Origin: Elsinoe ampelina | Taxonomy: Eukaryota | Length of the DNA stretch: 64,000 bases | Direction: 5' to 3' | Assembly (NCBI GenBank): GCA_010093995.1 | Contig: ML992511.1 | Span: 357,917-421,916, forward strand | Part shown: positions 37,485 to 48,551 of the stretch, piece by piece | Numbering within the stretch: position 1 is the stretch's first letter | Layout of the letters: every line of letters starts with the position of its first letter | Program-made: the position numbers and the translations under genes | Notes under the pieces: model-generated | What the model was told of the DNA's origin: nothing | Database searches by the model: none | The model's input: only the letters and a program-made list of their open reading frames with translations

Positions 37485-37812
37485 GCCTGGCGCGGTTCTG
37501 TGGGCTGATGTCACGGGCGGGTTGACGATATCAGGGCATTCCAACGCGCCTGCTTCTTTGGGGAAGATGGATCGACCGTGTGGATGATCGAGGAAAAGCT
37601 TCGAGAAGGCAGATGGCCTGAGAGATTGTCCGCTGCCAAGCGAATCCAATCGGATCCACGGTTGCACGCCACATGATGAGCTTATACTCCACGGTTGGAG
37701 AGGCACTCCAAAGTGCATAGATAAAGATCGTATTTGGTAAAGACAGGTCATTCAAGGGTATCTATTAATACAAATCGCTCACTCCCACCTATATTTCGAG
37801 GTGTATTCATGC

Positions 37813-39750
37813 TTAATCGTCAGTGGTAGTGCCATTCACACCATTTGTCGCTGGTTCAGGCGCCATTGATACAATAGCCATCTGTTACAAGTCAGCAAGA
37901 CAGCCATGACAGTCGTTGTATACACATACTTTTCTGCCAACCGCAAACGCAAGTCTTTCTCCCTTGATGTCCCAAGCCAGACTCGGCTCTGTCGCGTCCT
38001 CATCATCTGGTAGATGGTTGTCATCTCCTTGATACCAATTCGCCGGCGCTGCCTTCCAGGATAAGAGGTCCTCGGCTTTCTTGCCTGTGACATCCCAAAT
38101 CCGGATCGCTTCATCGCTTGCCGCTGCTAGTCGCGCTTGAGTGCCATCAGACTCAATCGTGGTTGTCGTCCAGGACAGAGCCAGAGGTGGCTCTTGCTGT
38201 TCGAGCTCCAACGATGTGAAAAGGGCGATGCCGTCGGACGAAGTATTGTACAGGCAGACACTTCCGGACTGATCGTTCATCATACCGATTGCTAGTCTTG
38301 TAGGCGCCAGGACCCCATTGCTAAGTTTGGGATGGCCTCGGTCCTCGGATGCTGTGCGACTCGATGGCTCGAAACAGATTGCGGTAATACGGCTACCCAC
38401 ATCTGAAGGAAGAGTGAGAGATGGACCATGTGACCAGCCTTCGCTGCTCTTTTGCAGTGTGCAGACATGACCGCTGGTCGTGGCTACAGCTACCAATAGC
38501 TCGTGTCGCCAATCGTATCGAATCTTGTCAAAGTTTATATCCGCTGGCACGGCATGTACATAGGTCTGGACAAGTGTGGCGCCCTCTGGGTCATCGTTGT
38601 TCTCTGCCGCCTTCATCGTCCAGACGGAGACTAAGCCCTTGCCGCAAGCAGCAAAAGATGTCTCGGAGATCGGCGCAATATCCACGACCAGGTTATCCAC
38701 GGACCCGAGGGCGACAGCCAGACCGTGATGCTTTGGTGAAGTCGTGTCGCGCAGTTCCAGCACACTGCGCTGACCATCAGATGAGGCAGAGAAGAGAGTA
38801 TTGCCCGATCTCGTGTATCGCAAAGCTATTGTGACCATGTTGAATGCATCATCGTAAGGGCGCTTGTCCCCAGATGGACTCACGTCGACTAGTTGAGCCT
38901 TATAAGCTTGCACGCCGTCGACCCGCGACGGTCCTTGGAGTGCGCACGTAAGGTACTGCCCGCTTGGGTGCCATGAGATTGCCGTGACAGTGTGCTCTGG
39001 GCCCATTGGCAGAGGATCGATATTCTCGATGCCGTTCAAATACGAGTCTGATGTTCGAGTGACATCGTAGACTCGACACAGAGACTCGCCAGCGGCCAGC
39101 AAGAATGAGCTTGAAGCTGTCGCCGGACTCCAAGCTGTATGTAATATTGACACCGGAGAGCTCTTGTCGATTGACCAGTACATAGTCTGAGTTCTGATCT
39201 TCTTCTTCACATCTGTTTGAGTGCCCATTGCTTTTGTCTCGATGATTATTTGCTCAACCTGTTCGGGCTCCGATTGTGCGCGGTCCTGGTCTGAGGGGTT
39301 TGAAGTTCGGTCATATTCATCGCGCTGATCGTCGACGTCCATAGCATCTCCATTGGTGAGTGTGTCCGAAGCATTGCTTTGGCGGACGCGTTTGGCTGCT
39401 GGTAGAGCAAATTCGTCCTGATCATTCGAGGTATAGACGCTTTGTCGTCGTGACAAAGATTTGTTGCGCTGAGTCCTTTGCTCGACATCATTGGATGTGA
39501 GTGTGAAGCGTCGTGGGCCATTCGCGACGGTCGCTTGTAGCTGATCGTGGAACAGGCCATCTTGGATGATGTGGACAAGCTCGTGCTGCTTCACAACTCC
39601 CGCAAACGGGAATTGTTCCGGGTCGCGATACTGATCATTGCGGTACCATTCGCGATACAGCGATTTGGCCGCGCTTTCGAAGCCAGACTCTTGCAAATAG
39701 CGAAGGACGAGATAGTTTACATGGTCGCTACCGAGTGCGCCATCGCCCAT
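37813..39750 (-). CDS. LisH + WD40-repeat protein (Sif2/TBL1-like corepressor subunit)
   Basis: N-terminal LisH LGSDHVNYLVLRYLQESGFESAA...LVHIIQDGL, then divergent WD-like repeats (VTAISWHPSGQYL, LAAASDEAIRIWDV). The ORF ends through an intron after AVGRK into a final exon at 37881-37813. Confidence 0.75.
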
Positions 39751-40163
39751 AGTTGACGATTGCGCGAGAGTTGCAAAGCGATTTGGGTGCCGACAGATCC
39801 TCGAGATGCTGGAGAAGTGTGTCGCATCGAATTAAAGATGAGCAAATGTGTGAGCAATGTGACAGGTACATGTGGAAACCGACTTATGGATCTGATTTGG
39901 AGATGCGGGTTCGATGGTTGATCCTGCAAGGGTATCACAAGGTTGGCGCTAGGGGCCCGGCCCGATCTCAAGCGATCTGCAACATCTGGGGATCGTGACC
40001 CGACAGCTCCAAGGGATCACCTTCTTTCCCATATCCTATATCTCTTGCGCATTGCTCATCTCTTTTGCTCGAAATATGAAGAAATTTTGCTCATAGCAAT
40101 CGCTCTCGTGGTTTTCAACTACCAGCATCTTTTCACCAGGACCGATCCACCTCGCCAGCTTCA

Positions 40164-41300
40164 ATGCCTCGAATAAACATCCCCCCTCTAACAAGGGGTC
40201 TAATCGTTAGTCTTTTGACTTTCTCCATCCTCAATACCGTCCTTCGCTTCCGCTATACGGCGCCTTTATTACAGCGTAACCCCGTCGGCGTTCCTTTCTT
40301 GACGATCGTACCCAAAGAGTCTCTTACTTCGCCATGGGTACTCGCGACCGCCGCCCTGATTGAGCAAAATCTGGTGAGCCTGACGGCTTCGGGTCTGACG
40401 CTGTTCTATGGAGGGAGATACCTAGAAAGAGCTTGGGGGAGTTCCGAGTACGCAAAGTTCGCTGCGTTTGTTATCTTGATACCCAATATGCTGTCGTTCT
40501 TCACGTACTGGCTATGGTATGCTCTCAGTGGTAACGAGATTCGAGCGTGAGTTCAGCCAACCACGAAACATTACCAGTAGCATACTAAGTCGAGGCCCAG
40601 GAAAACAACGATACATGGCGCCATTGCCCTCGAGGCTGCCTTCCTTGTAGCGTTCAAGCAGTTGGTCCCGGAACACACGGTGTCACTTTTCAAGTCCTTC
40701 ATTCGGATACGCGTCAAGCACTTTCCAGCCATCTTCGTCTTGCTTAACAGTATTTCAGGACCATTACTCGGTACCGACACGGCTTTATTCTTGGGATGGT
40801 ATGGCTTTCTGACATCCTGGATCTATTTACGGTTCTACCGAGTTGCACCCTCTGTGATATCGACCTCGACTGGCGAAGGCTCTACAGTAAAAGGTGACGC
40901 GAGCGACACCTTTGCATTCAGCCAATTCTTTCCCGAGCCGATACAGGTCGTTCTCGCCCCTATCTGCGACCAGGTCTACAACACCTTAGTGGCGGTGAGA
41001 ATATGCACGCCGTTCTCTAATGAGGCGATTGAGGCTGGTAACGAGCAAGCTTCGGCGCGCGCAGAAGGTGGTCTACCGAGCTTGATGAACAGTAGAGGAG
41101 GACGGCTAGGTGGTCGGCGAGAAGAGGCGGAGAGGAGACGTGCTCTGGCGTTGAAGGCGCTCGATCAGAGGTTGAATGCAGCAGCTGCGAATCGCGCGGG
41201 ACAGTCCGAGGAGCGTCCTACGCTCAATGTACCTGCACCCGCGGTGACACCAGATCCGCCAGTTGCGCCGAAGTCCGAGGAAAGCGCAGCCCAAGCGTAA
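40164..41300 (+). CDS. TMEM115/DUF1751 rhomboid-like Golgi membrane protein
   Basis: Exons 40164-40546 and 40601-41300. Motifs: MPRINIPPLTR, YGGRYLERAWGS, AFLVAFKQLVPEH, SWIYLRFY, GDASDTFAFSQFFPEP and EAERRRALALKALDQRL. Confidence 0.87.
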
Positions 41301-41607
41301 ATAACGTTAATGCCTTCTACGAGCCATCCGATTCTGCCGTCGACTCGTCCAACCTCCCACATTCCTACTCCTAGCCGTCTCTGGCACGTAACCTCCTTCG
41401 TCCCCGATCGGCGCTGCTCCTCCCATCTAGAGGGCCTCCCGACACCCCTGACTCGTTCTTCACGTCGTGACAGCTCGAAGCGAGGAGCACGGCAAGGTGC
41501 ACCTCCCTTCGCCAGCAATCCACCTTGGCACCGATCTCATGCCCTCGACAGTCGAAAAGCACGAGTCCGCCCTCATTACATCAATTGACTTAGCGACCTG
41601 CGTCCCT

Positions 41608-41886
41608 TCACTCCCATTGTGCCTTGACCTGATCTGCCTTTTGCTCGATATAAAATCCTGGTTCCGGCTTGCGAAGCGCCTTCAGCGTCTTATTGCTGAC
41701 TTTGTTTTCGACCTCCTGCACATCCACCAGCTCTTTGACGTTGAATATCTGACCAGCAATATCGTGATTGACCGGAAGGTAGACCGTCTTCATACGTTTG
41801 GTGAGACCCAGTGCTCGCAATGTACCGGCGTGCTTCTTCGGGAGTCCGATCGCCGAGCGAAGGAGCGTGATGCGGAAGTAGCTCAT
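41608..41886 (-). CDS. MRPL33: Mitochondrial ribosomal protein uL30m
   Basis: MSYFRITLLRSAIGLP...LRALGLTKRMKTVY...AGQIFNVKELVDV is an L30-family signature. Confidence 0.9.
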   Translation of the reverse strand: MSYFRITLLRSAIGLPKKHAGTLRALGLTKRMKTVYLPVNHDIAGQIFNVKELVDVQEVENKVSNKTLKALRKPEPGFYIEQKADQVKAQWE

Positions 41887-42119
41887 CGTGAGATGATTGA
41901 ACGAGTGGATCCAGATACACTTTGTACGTATTTTGAGGCTTTGGGATAGCTACTGTTTGAGTAAGGATGGTGATGCGGTCTTCGAGGTACCTTAGAGAAA
42001 GAATTCCGGCCAAGGAAGCACGGCCCGCACAGCCGAAGTCTATCAACACCTCCACCTCGAGCTTCCCCCGATCTCTTGTACCTGGACAATGCCTTGATCG
42101 CGCTTGCGATCGTTCGAAA

Positions 42120-44447
42120 ATGGCAGAGACGGAAGACGTTGCCAATAAGTTGGCGGAATTGCTTCGGAATCCGGACGATCTGGACAAGATCCCATCCCTT
42201 CGCGCCGAATTTACCAGGAAGAAAGCTGCCGTGGACGACCAGCTTCGACTCGGTCTGAAGGACCAATTGGAGGTGACGCAGGCGGGAATGACCAGTATCA
42301 ACGATGGCCAACGGACTGTCAATCTGATCAAGGAGGAGATGATGAAGATCGACAAGCTATGTGCTGAGGCCCAAAACATGATCAAGGACTTTCCTTTTGT
42401 GGACAAGATAGCTCAGACACATCGGAACTTTGCCCAGGTAGAGCAGATGAAGGCGCACATCGACTCTTTCGGCGAGCAGTTGGACGAGCTGGAGGGACTT
42501 CTGAGAGAAGATGATCAAGATATGGAGAATCAGCCAAATCTGCTAGCAATACACTATGGATTGACGAAGCTCCGTGACGTACGGGACCAAGCCATGGACC
42601 AGATCAAGCTTGAGGAGTCGGGGTTGGAGCTAATACAAAACCTACAGCTCCCGAGCGGCGCTACTCTACAGGACTATTTCAACCGGTTGGATGAAGTTGT
42701 GGACTGGTTCGATGACCACGTTGGCCAGGCGTGCATGAACCTGATACCACTGGTGCAATCGGGAAACAATGGTATGGTCGTACGTCTTGCCATCGTTGTG
42801 CAGGAAGAAGAGAAGAAGGATACAGCGGTCAAAGCATTGCAAGACGCACAACGAGACTTCAAGGATCTGGCATCACGATTCAAGTCAATGAACTCTGGGC
42901 AGAAGGAGCTTCGAGGGTATAAGGAGAAGTTCCTCAAGGCCATTGAGCTGAATGCCGAGAACCAATTTGATGGCTCCTCACAAGTTTTCCTGGACGACCC
43001 GGACAAGCTCGAGAAGTCTGTTCGTTGGTATTTCAACGACCTCAACACTGTCAAGCTCGGCATGACAAACTTGACGCCAAAGAAGTGGAAGATCTTCAAG
43101 ACCTACACTTCGATATATCACAACCAGATGCACGACTTCCTAGTTGCACATATCGAGAACCCTCAGCTGAATCCACCACACATGCTTGCTATCATCCACT
43201 GGGTAAGCAAGTACTACACGAAAATGGAGAAGCTAGGCATAGCTACGAATGGCCTCCGGCCACACGTTATCGACAACAGAGAGTCGGATCTCGTCCGAGA
43301 ATACCGTCAATTGATCATCAAGGCAGTCGAAGAATGGATGGACCGCATGACCTCCACAGACCGCTCAGCCCTCCTCGAACGAAAAGAAGGCTCCCTCGAC
43401 ACCGACGAGAACAACTGCCTCCGCACCAAAACCCTCGGCGACATGTGGCGCATGCTCCGCGAACAACTCTCCGTCGCCGCCTCGTCCGACCGCCCTGACG
43501 TAGCCGAAGGCGTCGTCGACGCCATGATGCGCTCCCTCAAATCCAAACAATCCATGTGGGAAAAACTCGTCGACAGCGAAACCAGCGGATACAAGAGCAA
43601 AGAACTCACCCAAATCCAACAAGACAACATGAACTCGCTCCTCGACTGGCTCGTCGCCGTCGCCAACGACCAAATCGCCTGCATCGACGACCACGAAGAA
43701 CTCGGCGTCACCTCGTACCTGACCATGTTCCGGCGCGACTACGAACCCCTCGTCAGCCCTGGTTGGTCCGCGCTCGCGAACCTCGAAATGGACAGCCTCC
43801 GCAACGGCTACGTCGACCTGGGGACACACTGCATCACGCTCTTCGCGCAACTCATGTACGTCGACTGCCGCACCGTTTTCGCCGAGCAAATCTTCACTTT
43901 GGCGTGGTACACCACCAAAGGCATGGGGACCATCATCGCGACGATAGGCGACTACCTCGAGGATTACGAGCAGGTGGTGCACCCGAGCCTGCGCGATATC
44001 CTCATCGAAGAAGTCAGCGACGAACTCCTCGTCAGGTACCTGGGTTGTATCTCCAGCACCACCACCTCCTCGGGCCCGTCGTTGCCCGGGACCAAGAAGA
44101 AGATACAGTTCCGCCGCAGCGATGCGTTCCAGGAGAAGATCAAGGAGGACGTGGTGACGGTGTTTAATTTCTTCGGGAGGTTCGAGGAGGCGTTCCCTGG
44201 GATCAAGGATAAGTGGAGGGCGGTGAATGCGTTTGTCGAGTTGATTAGCGCGGATAAAGGCCAGGGGGTCGTGGATGCGTACGCGAGGTTCAAGATGGGG
44301 TGGTGGGATGTGCAGATCGCGTGGGTTGAGGCGGTGTTGAGGACGAGGGATGATTTTGATAGGAATATGCTCGCGGCGGTGAAGGCGGCGGCGGCGCAGG
44401 TACAGGTTGAGAGGGGCCCGGAGACGGTGATGAGTAAGGTTAGGTGA
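42120..44447 (+). CDS. SEC6: Exocyst complex component Sec6
   Basis: Likely start MAETEDVANKLAELLRNPDDLDKIPSLRAEFTRKKAAVDDQLR, followed by HRNFAQV, NLLAIHYGL, WLVAVANDQIAC and the C-terminal GPETVMSKV. Confidence 0.92.
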   Translation: MAETEDVANKLAELLRNPDDLDKIPSLRAEFTRKKAAVDDQLRLGLKDQLEVTQAGMTSINDGQRTVNLIKEEMMKIDKLCAEAQNMIKDFPFVDKIAQTHRNFAQVEQMKAHIDSFGEQLDELEGLLREDDQDMENQPNLLAIHYGLTKLRDVRDQAMDQIKLEESGLELIQNLQLPSGATLQDYFNRLDEVVDWFDDHVGQACMNLIPLVQSGNNGMVVRLAIVVQEEEKKDTAVKALQDAQRDFKDLASRFKSMNSGQKELRGYKEKFLKAIELNAENQFDGSSQVFLDDPDKLEKSVRWYFNDLNTVKLGMTNLTPKKWKIFKTYTSIYHNQMHDFLVAHIENPQLNPPHMLAIIHWVSKYYTKMEKLGIATNGLRPHVIDNRESDLVREYRQLIIKAVEEWMDRMTSTDRSALLERKEGSLDTDENNCLRTKTLGDMWRMLREQLSVAASSDRPDVAEGVVDAMMRSLKSKQSMWEKLVDSETSGYKSKELTQIQQDNMNSLLDWLVAVANDQIACIDDHEELGVTSYLTMFRRDYEPLVSPGWSALANLEMDSLRNGYVDLGTHCITLFAQLMYVDCRTVFAEQIFTLAWYTTKGMGTIIATIGDYLEDYEQVVHPSLRDILIEEVSDELLVRYLGCISSTTTSSGPSLPGTKKKIQFRRSDAFQEKIKEDVVTVFNFFGRFEEAFPGIKDKWRAVNAFVELISADKGQGVVDAYARFKMGWWDVQIAWVEAVLRTRDDFDRNMLAAVKAAAAQVQVERGPETVMSKVR

Positions 44448-44589
44448 GGGTGGGATGGAGTTGGCATGGTAAGGAAGGAGGGCATGGTGTTTTAGCGAGG
44501 CGTTATTGGAGGAAGGGATTGTATATACCCGTGTCTGTCATGTGAGAATTGGATATCATGCATGAATACGACTGTGTCTTGCGCCAGAT

Positions 44590-47500
44590 CTATCTCCGGC
44601 CCTTTGCAGCTGCGCCCTTGGGTCGGAACTTCTTGGACGTCCGCCCAACTTGCACCCGCTTCTGCACCCCACCACCACCTCCTGAGCCGCGCTGCTTTTC
44701 GACCCCAAGGCCTTTCCGCCCGCCGAATCTCCCCTCTCTGCCGCCCTTGTCTGACCGCGCGGGGCTCTTCATCTTGCCGGCCCCATTGGTCCTCGCCCTC
44801 AACGCCCCTTTGACTTCCTCCTCATCCACCTCCTCTTCTTCGCCTCTCACGTTCTTGAACTTCAGCTTTCCCTTCTGACCCCGCCTCGGCGCGTGTTTGT
44901 TCTTGATCGCCTCGACGTAGGCATTGATTCCTCCTTCCAACGTGCCGTCACCTGGATCCTTACCGTCCAGTCTACCCTCTTCGTCAAAGTCCATCGCGTC
45001 ATCACTCTCCTCGTTGAAGACAAGCTTGCCGTCCAGGTCTGTCTTGGCTTTGCGCTTCTCCTTCGTGGCTTCTTTACGAAGAGGTTTGGTGGAGCTGACA
45101 TGTGCCAAGGCTCGGCGGTCGAGGAGATCAAGGGGCTCGTCGTCTTCTTCTGTGATGAAGGTACCTTTCTCCCGAGACTGCTTCTTCTCGCCTCGTGCTT
45201 TACCTTTTGCAACTGCACGTCCGAGCACCTCGTCATCACTGATGTCGCTGTCGTCCGAGCTGCCGTAGACAGCTTCATCGTACTCGCTCTCGAAGCGACC
45301 TTTCTTGGGTGCTTCATCACCGACGTCCATCTCGCCTCCTTCAGCTTTCTTCCGAGCCGCTCGTTCCTTGGTCTTGCGGATGTTCTTGACCAGTGCACGA
45401 TCTGACTCGGGCGTGAATCGCTCCACGGTCTCCACGCCAAATCGCTTGATCATGCGTTCAAAAATGTGCTTGACTTTGGCTTTGAAGTGAGCCTTGTGCT
45501 CCTTACTCCAAGCGCAGAGATTGGGTATGAGGGTTTCGAGACGGGGACGCATCATGTCTGTTGGCAGGGAGAGAATGCAGACCTTGACAAAGCCAAGGCA
45601 TGATTGGACGATTTCGCGATTGGCAGAGGTGAGGAAGAGGTCGATAGTAGCTACCAGTTCTGAGACAGCGGCAGGAGCGAGACGGTCGTGGAAGGTATAG
45701 AGGATGCGTGCCAGGGCCGTGATACTGGCGGAAATCATGTGTGGTGTAGACCCTGCCAGACCGGCAGAGAGCATGGTGATGTACTCCTCTAATGAGGCAG
45801 GAGCGTCAGGAGCATCGGCCGACATGTGTGGCACTCGACTGTTGCGCACAGTACCACCATTCGACATGCGGTCCGCCATCAATACAAGGAGATCAAAGGC
45901 CGAGGTACGAGCTTTTTCGTTGACTTCCTTGACCGCAATGACTGCTTCGGAGATGATGGATGGGATGAAGCTGAGGTCAGAGGCGGGAAGAAGAGGAATC
46001 AGCACAGAGATGGCTTGAAGTCGATCATGGCGGGCGGGTGCCGTGGCAGTTGGAGCAGCTGCGAGAAGAAGAGCTTGCAATTCTGAGGAGCGTGCTGAAA
46101 GTGCTTCCTGTCCGATAGCAGACTCGGAAAGACGCGGGATAAGCTTGTAGGCCTTCTTTTGAAGTTGTGGATCGTTGTCCTTGTTTATGACCGCTGATGC
46201 GATGCTGAACAATTGAGGGTAGGTTTCGCGAGGGAGATGTATTGACATGGTAATGATGAGATCTATGAGCGTGTGAGAGGTTGGTGGCATTTTCGGGCCT
46301 TTGCTTGGGGCATCTTTCTGCTTGTCGGCCTGGGTCTGTGAGCCTTCTTCTGTGACGGCATTCGATAGAAGATCGGAAACCCGAGTGAAGGTCTCGGTCA
46401 GCTCCGCCACTGGGATGATTGAGAGGTATGCATTGGTGCACTGCAATATCAATCCCCGATATTGTGGAAGCGTCTCGCCGTACACGTTGAATAAGACAGC
46501 TAACAGGTTGCTGGCGAAATTTGAGAGATGGGCAATATTCAGCTGTGCCTGAGCCTTTGACACGCGTCCTTGAGCGAGTAGATCCTCTTCACCCTCGACA
46601 GATAGGATGATCTGGTTGGAGGCAACAAGGTTCTGCAACGCTCGGCATAAATTAGTCCTCAACTGAGGCTGCTGGTAGAGCAGATTTGCCAGCAATTCTG
46701 CAAAAGTCTGATCGAACGCTTCAATCACGTCCAGTGGCAATTCGCAGTATCCAGGAAGTGTATCCCAGATCTGCTGGACGATAGTCTCGAATATCTTGAC
46801 TTCCATTGTCTTTGCCGAGTCGCCATGATCGAGAACTCTCTGGAACATGAATTCGCTCAGAGGCACCAACTCTTGTCGGAAATGCGCAAGCTTCGTGTTC
46901 CTTACAGCTGGTCGCATGAGTGGCAGCATCCATGCCCGGCCGACTTGTCCTTTCTTTGGTTTCACTAGGTTCAGAGGAAGGACGTCAAGTACGAAATCCG
47001 GCCCGGCAGCTCTGATGGCAGCTGAGATGACTGTGTCTGCTTCCTTCTTGCCTGCGAAAGCGTCATTGCTTCTCAGATCTCCGATAGCCTTGAGAGCGGT
47101 CCGTAGAACAGGATTCGACCGCCATTTGAGGGCTTCAAACATGGCACCAACCACATTGAAGACTTCCATCCATGCCGCTTGATACTTAACGCTGAGTAGG
47201 TCGTCAAGAGATCGTGCCAGCTGCTCGAAGACCTTTTCGTCAAAGATGCTCGGCTCCAAGATGACGCTCGGGGGAATGCAATTGGTCAGAAAGCTGACCA
47301 GACACTCGCTCGCGCTGACTCTAATGTTGTGGCTACCGGAGCCAAGAAAGACAGCGACCATGTTGAAGAGCTCGGGAAGCTTCTGGAAGGTGTCCTCGGC
47401 ATCAATCTGAGCAGCTACATCATAGGCTCGACTTAACACGGCGATCCAGGGTGGAAGAAGCTGAGCATCGTCTTTGCTGGGTTGCAACTCCGTGATGACC

Positions 47501-48363
47501 TCGAGTAGCCGAGGTAGCTTCGCGCTCGATGTCTCGTCCGCAAGACCGCTGAAGAGCAGCTCAAACACCTCGAACGCCGCCATGACCAGGTACTCGCTGC
47601 TGCTCTTTGCGATGCCCAATAGGAGCTCGCATAACGCATCAATCTTTCTTGTGGGCCAACCATTGGCTGCTGTGGCCACGGTCTTGATCAGTTGGAGTCC
47701 ATGTATCAGTTGTGGTTCGTGACCCTCCCTCTGTGCTCGGTTCCGCTTCGTCTTTCCTGCCTTTTGCGCCTCCTCGGCCAGTATCTTCAACGCTGCTTCC
47801 GCGCATTGATCTGCCGCGGGATGATCTAAGGACGGGCTTGGGGGCGGGTTCTTCAACACCGTAGCCAGCGCTTCCAGAGCTCGTTTGCGTACCTTGGGTC
47901 GAGGATCGATTGAGAGATTGAGTAGACCGGCTACGGCTCTGCGAGGCGATATTGAAGAGGACGGTAGAGACCAGGCTTGTGAGTCCTGGACTTTGAGAAG
48001 AGATTCGAGGCAGCCGATAGCGCTCCGTACGAGTGGTGCTTCAGCTTCTTGATGTGTGAGGGCCGGGGCGAGGCCAGCGAGAATCTGAGAGAACTTTCCT
48101 CTTACTAGAGGCGCAGGGACGTGCGGCGTGATCAAATCTAGCAGATACACTACCGCATGTGCCAGATCCTTGTTCACAATTGTTTCGCCCGAGATGTATT
48201 GTGGTAGTAGAGAGAGAAGGGCGGCGAAGTAGGCGGTGGGGGTGAGTTCGGCTTTCTGTGCTCGGAGGGTATCCTCTATGCTCGAGAGTACCACTGCATT
48301 ATGTTGTTGGTTTTGCAGCTTGGGCTGCGACCGTATCTTGTCGAGTCTCTCGGTCAGAGACAT
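44590..48363 (-). CDS. RRP12: Ribosomal RNA processing protein Rrp12 (HEAT/NUC173)
   Basis: Likely start MSLTERLDKIRS at 48363, followed by TPTAYFAALL, DPRPKVRKRA, GRAWMLPL, QKKAYK, LAGSTPHMISA, NREIVQSCLGFVK and EPLDLLD, with a basic Gly-rich tail. Confidence 0.93.
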   Translation of the reverse strand: MSLTERLDKIRSQPKLQNQQHNAVVLSSIEDTLRAQKAELTPTAYFAALLSLLPQYISGETIVNKDLAHAVVYLLDLITPHVPAPLVRGKFSQILAGLAPALTHQEAEAPLVRSAIGCLESLLKVQDSQAWSLPSSSISPRRAVAGLLNLSIDPRPKVRKRALEALATVLKNPPPSPSLDHPAADQCAEAALKILAEEAQKAGKTKRNRAQREGHEPQLIHGLQLIKTVATAANGWPTRKIDALCELLLGIAKSSSEYLVMAAFEVFELLFSGLADETSSAKLPRLLEVITELQPSKDDAQLLPPWIAVLSRAYDVAAQIDAEDTFQKLPELFNMVAVFLGSGSHNIRVSASECLVSFLTNCIPPSVILEPSIFDEKVFEQLARSLDDLLSVKYQAAWMEVFNVVGAMFEALKWRSNPVLRTALKAIGDLRSNDAFAGKKEADTVISAAIRAAGPDFVLDVLPLNLVKPKKGQVGRAWMLPLMRPAVRNTKLAHFRQELVPLSEFMFQRVLDHGDSAKTMEVKIFETIVQQIWDTLPGYCELPLDVIEAFDQTFAELLANLLYQQPQLRTNLCRALQNLVASNQIILSVEGEEDLLAQGRVSKAQAQLNIAHLSNFASNLLAVLFNVYGETLPQYRGLILQCTNAYLSIIPVAELTETFTRVSDLLSNAVTEEGSQTQADKQKDAPSKGPKMPPTSHTLIDLIITMSIHLPRETYPQLFSIASAVINKDNDPQLQKKAYKLIPRLSESAIGQEALSARSSELQALLLAAAPTATAPARHDRLQAISVLIPLLPASDLSFIPSIISEAVIAVKEVNEKARTSAFDLLVLMADRMSNGGTVRNSRVPHMSADAPDAPASLEEYITMLSAGLAGSTPHMISASITALARILYTFHDRLAPAAVSELVATIDLFLTSANREIVQSCLGFVKVCILSLPTDMMRPRLETLIPNLCAWSKEHKAHFKAKVKHIFERMIKRFGVETVERFTPESDRALVKNIRKTKERAARKKAEGGEMDVGDEAPKKGRFESEYDEAVYGSSDDSDISDDEVLGRAVAKGKARGEKKQSREKGTFITEEDDEPLDLLDRRALAHVSSTKPLRKEATKEKRKAKTDLDGKLVFNEESDDAMDFDEEGRLDGKDPGDGTLEGGINAYVEAIKNKHAPRRGQKGKLKFKNVRGEEEEVDEEEVKGALRARTNGAGKMKSPARSDKGGREGRFGGRKGLGVEKQRGSGGGGGVQKRVQVGRTSKKFRPKGAAAKGRR

Positions 48364-48551
48364 TTTGTCGCGCCTGCTCTGGGTAGCAAAGTGACATGGT
48401 GCGTTCGACAAGATCGTCACCCAAAGCCAGAGAATTAATTTCTGCCGGGTTCCGAAGAAGGCGGTGAGTTGCGTAAGGTACTCCGCATTGACGGTCACGT
48501 GAGCAGAAATGAATTTGAAGGAACATACCACCCATTATCAATCTATTCTGT

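Noticed and set aside
41967..42119. N-terminal extension of the SEC6 ORF (and likewise 48364-48531 for RRP12)
   Set aside because: Recognisable sequence begins at the downstream ATGs, so the extensions are probably UTR or promoter.
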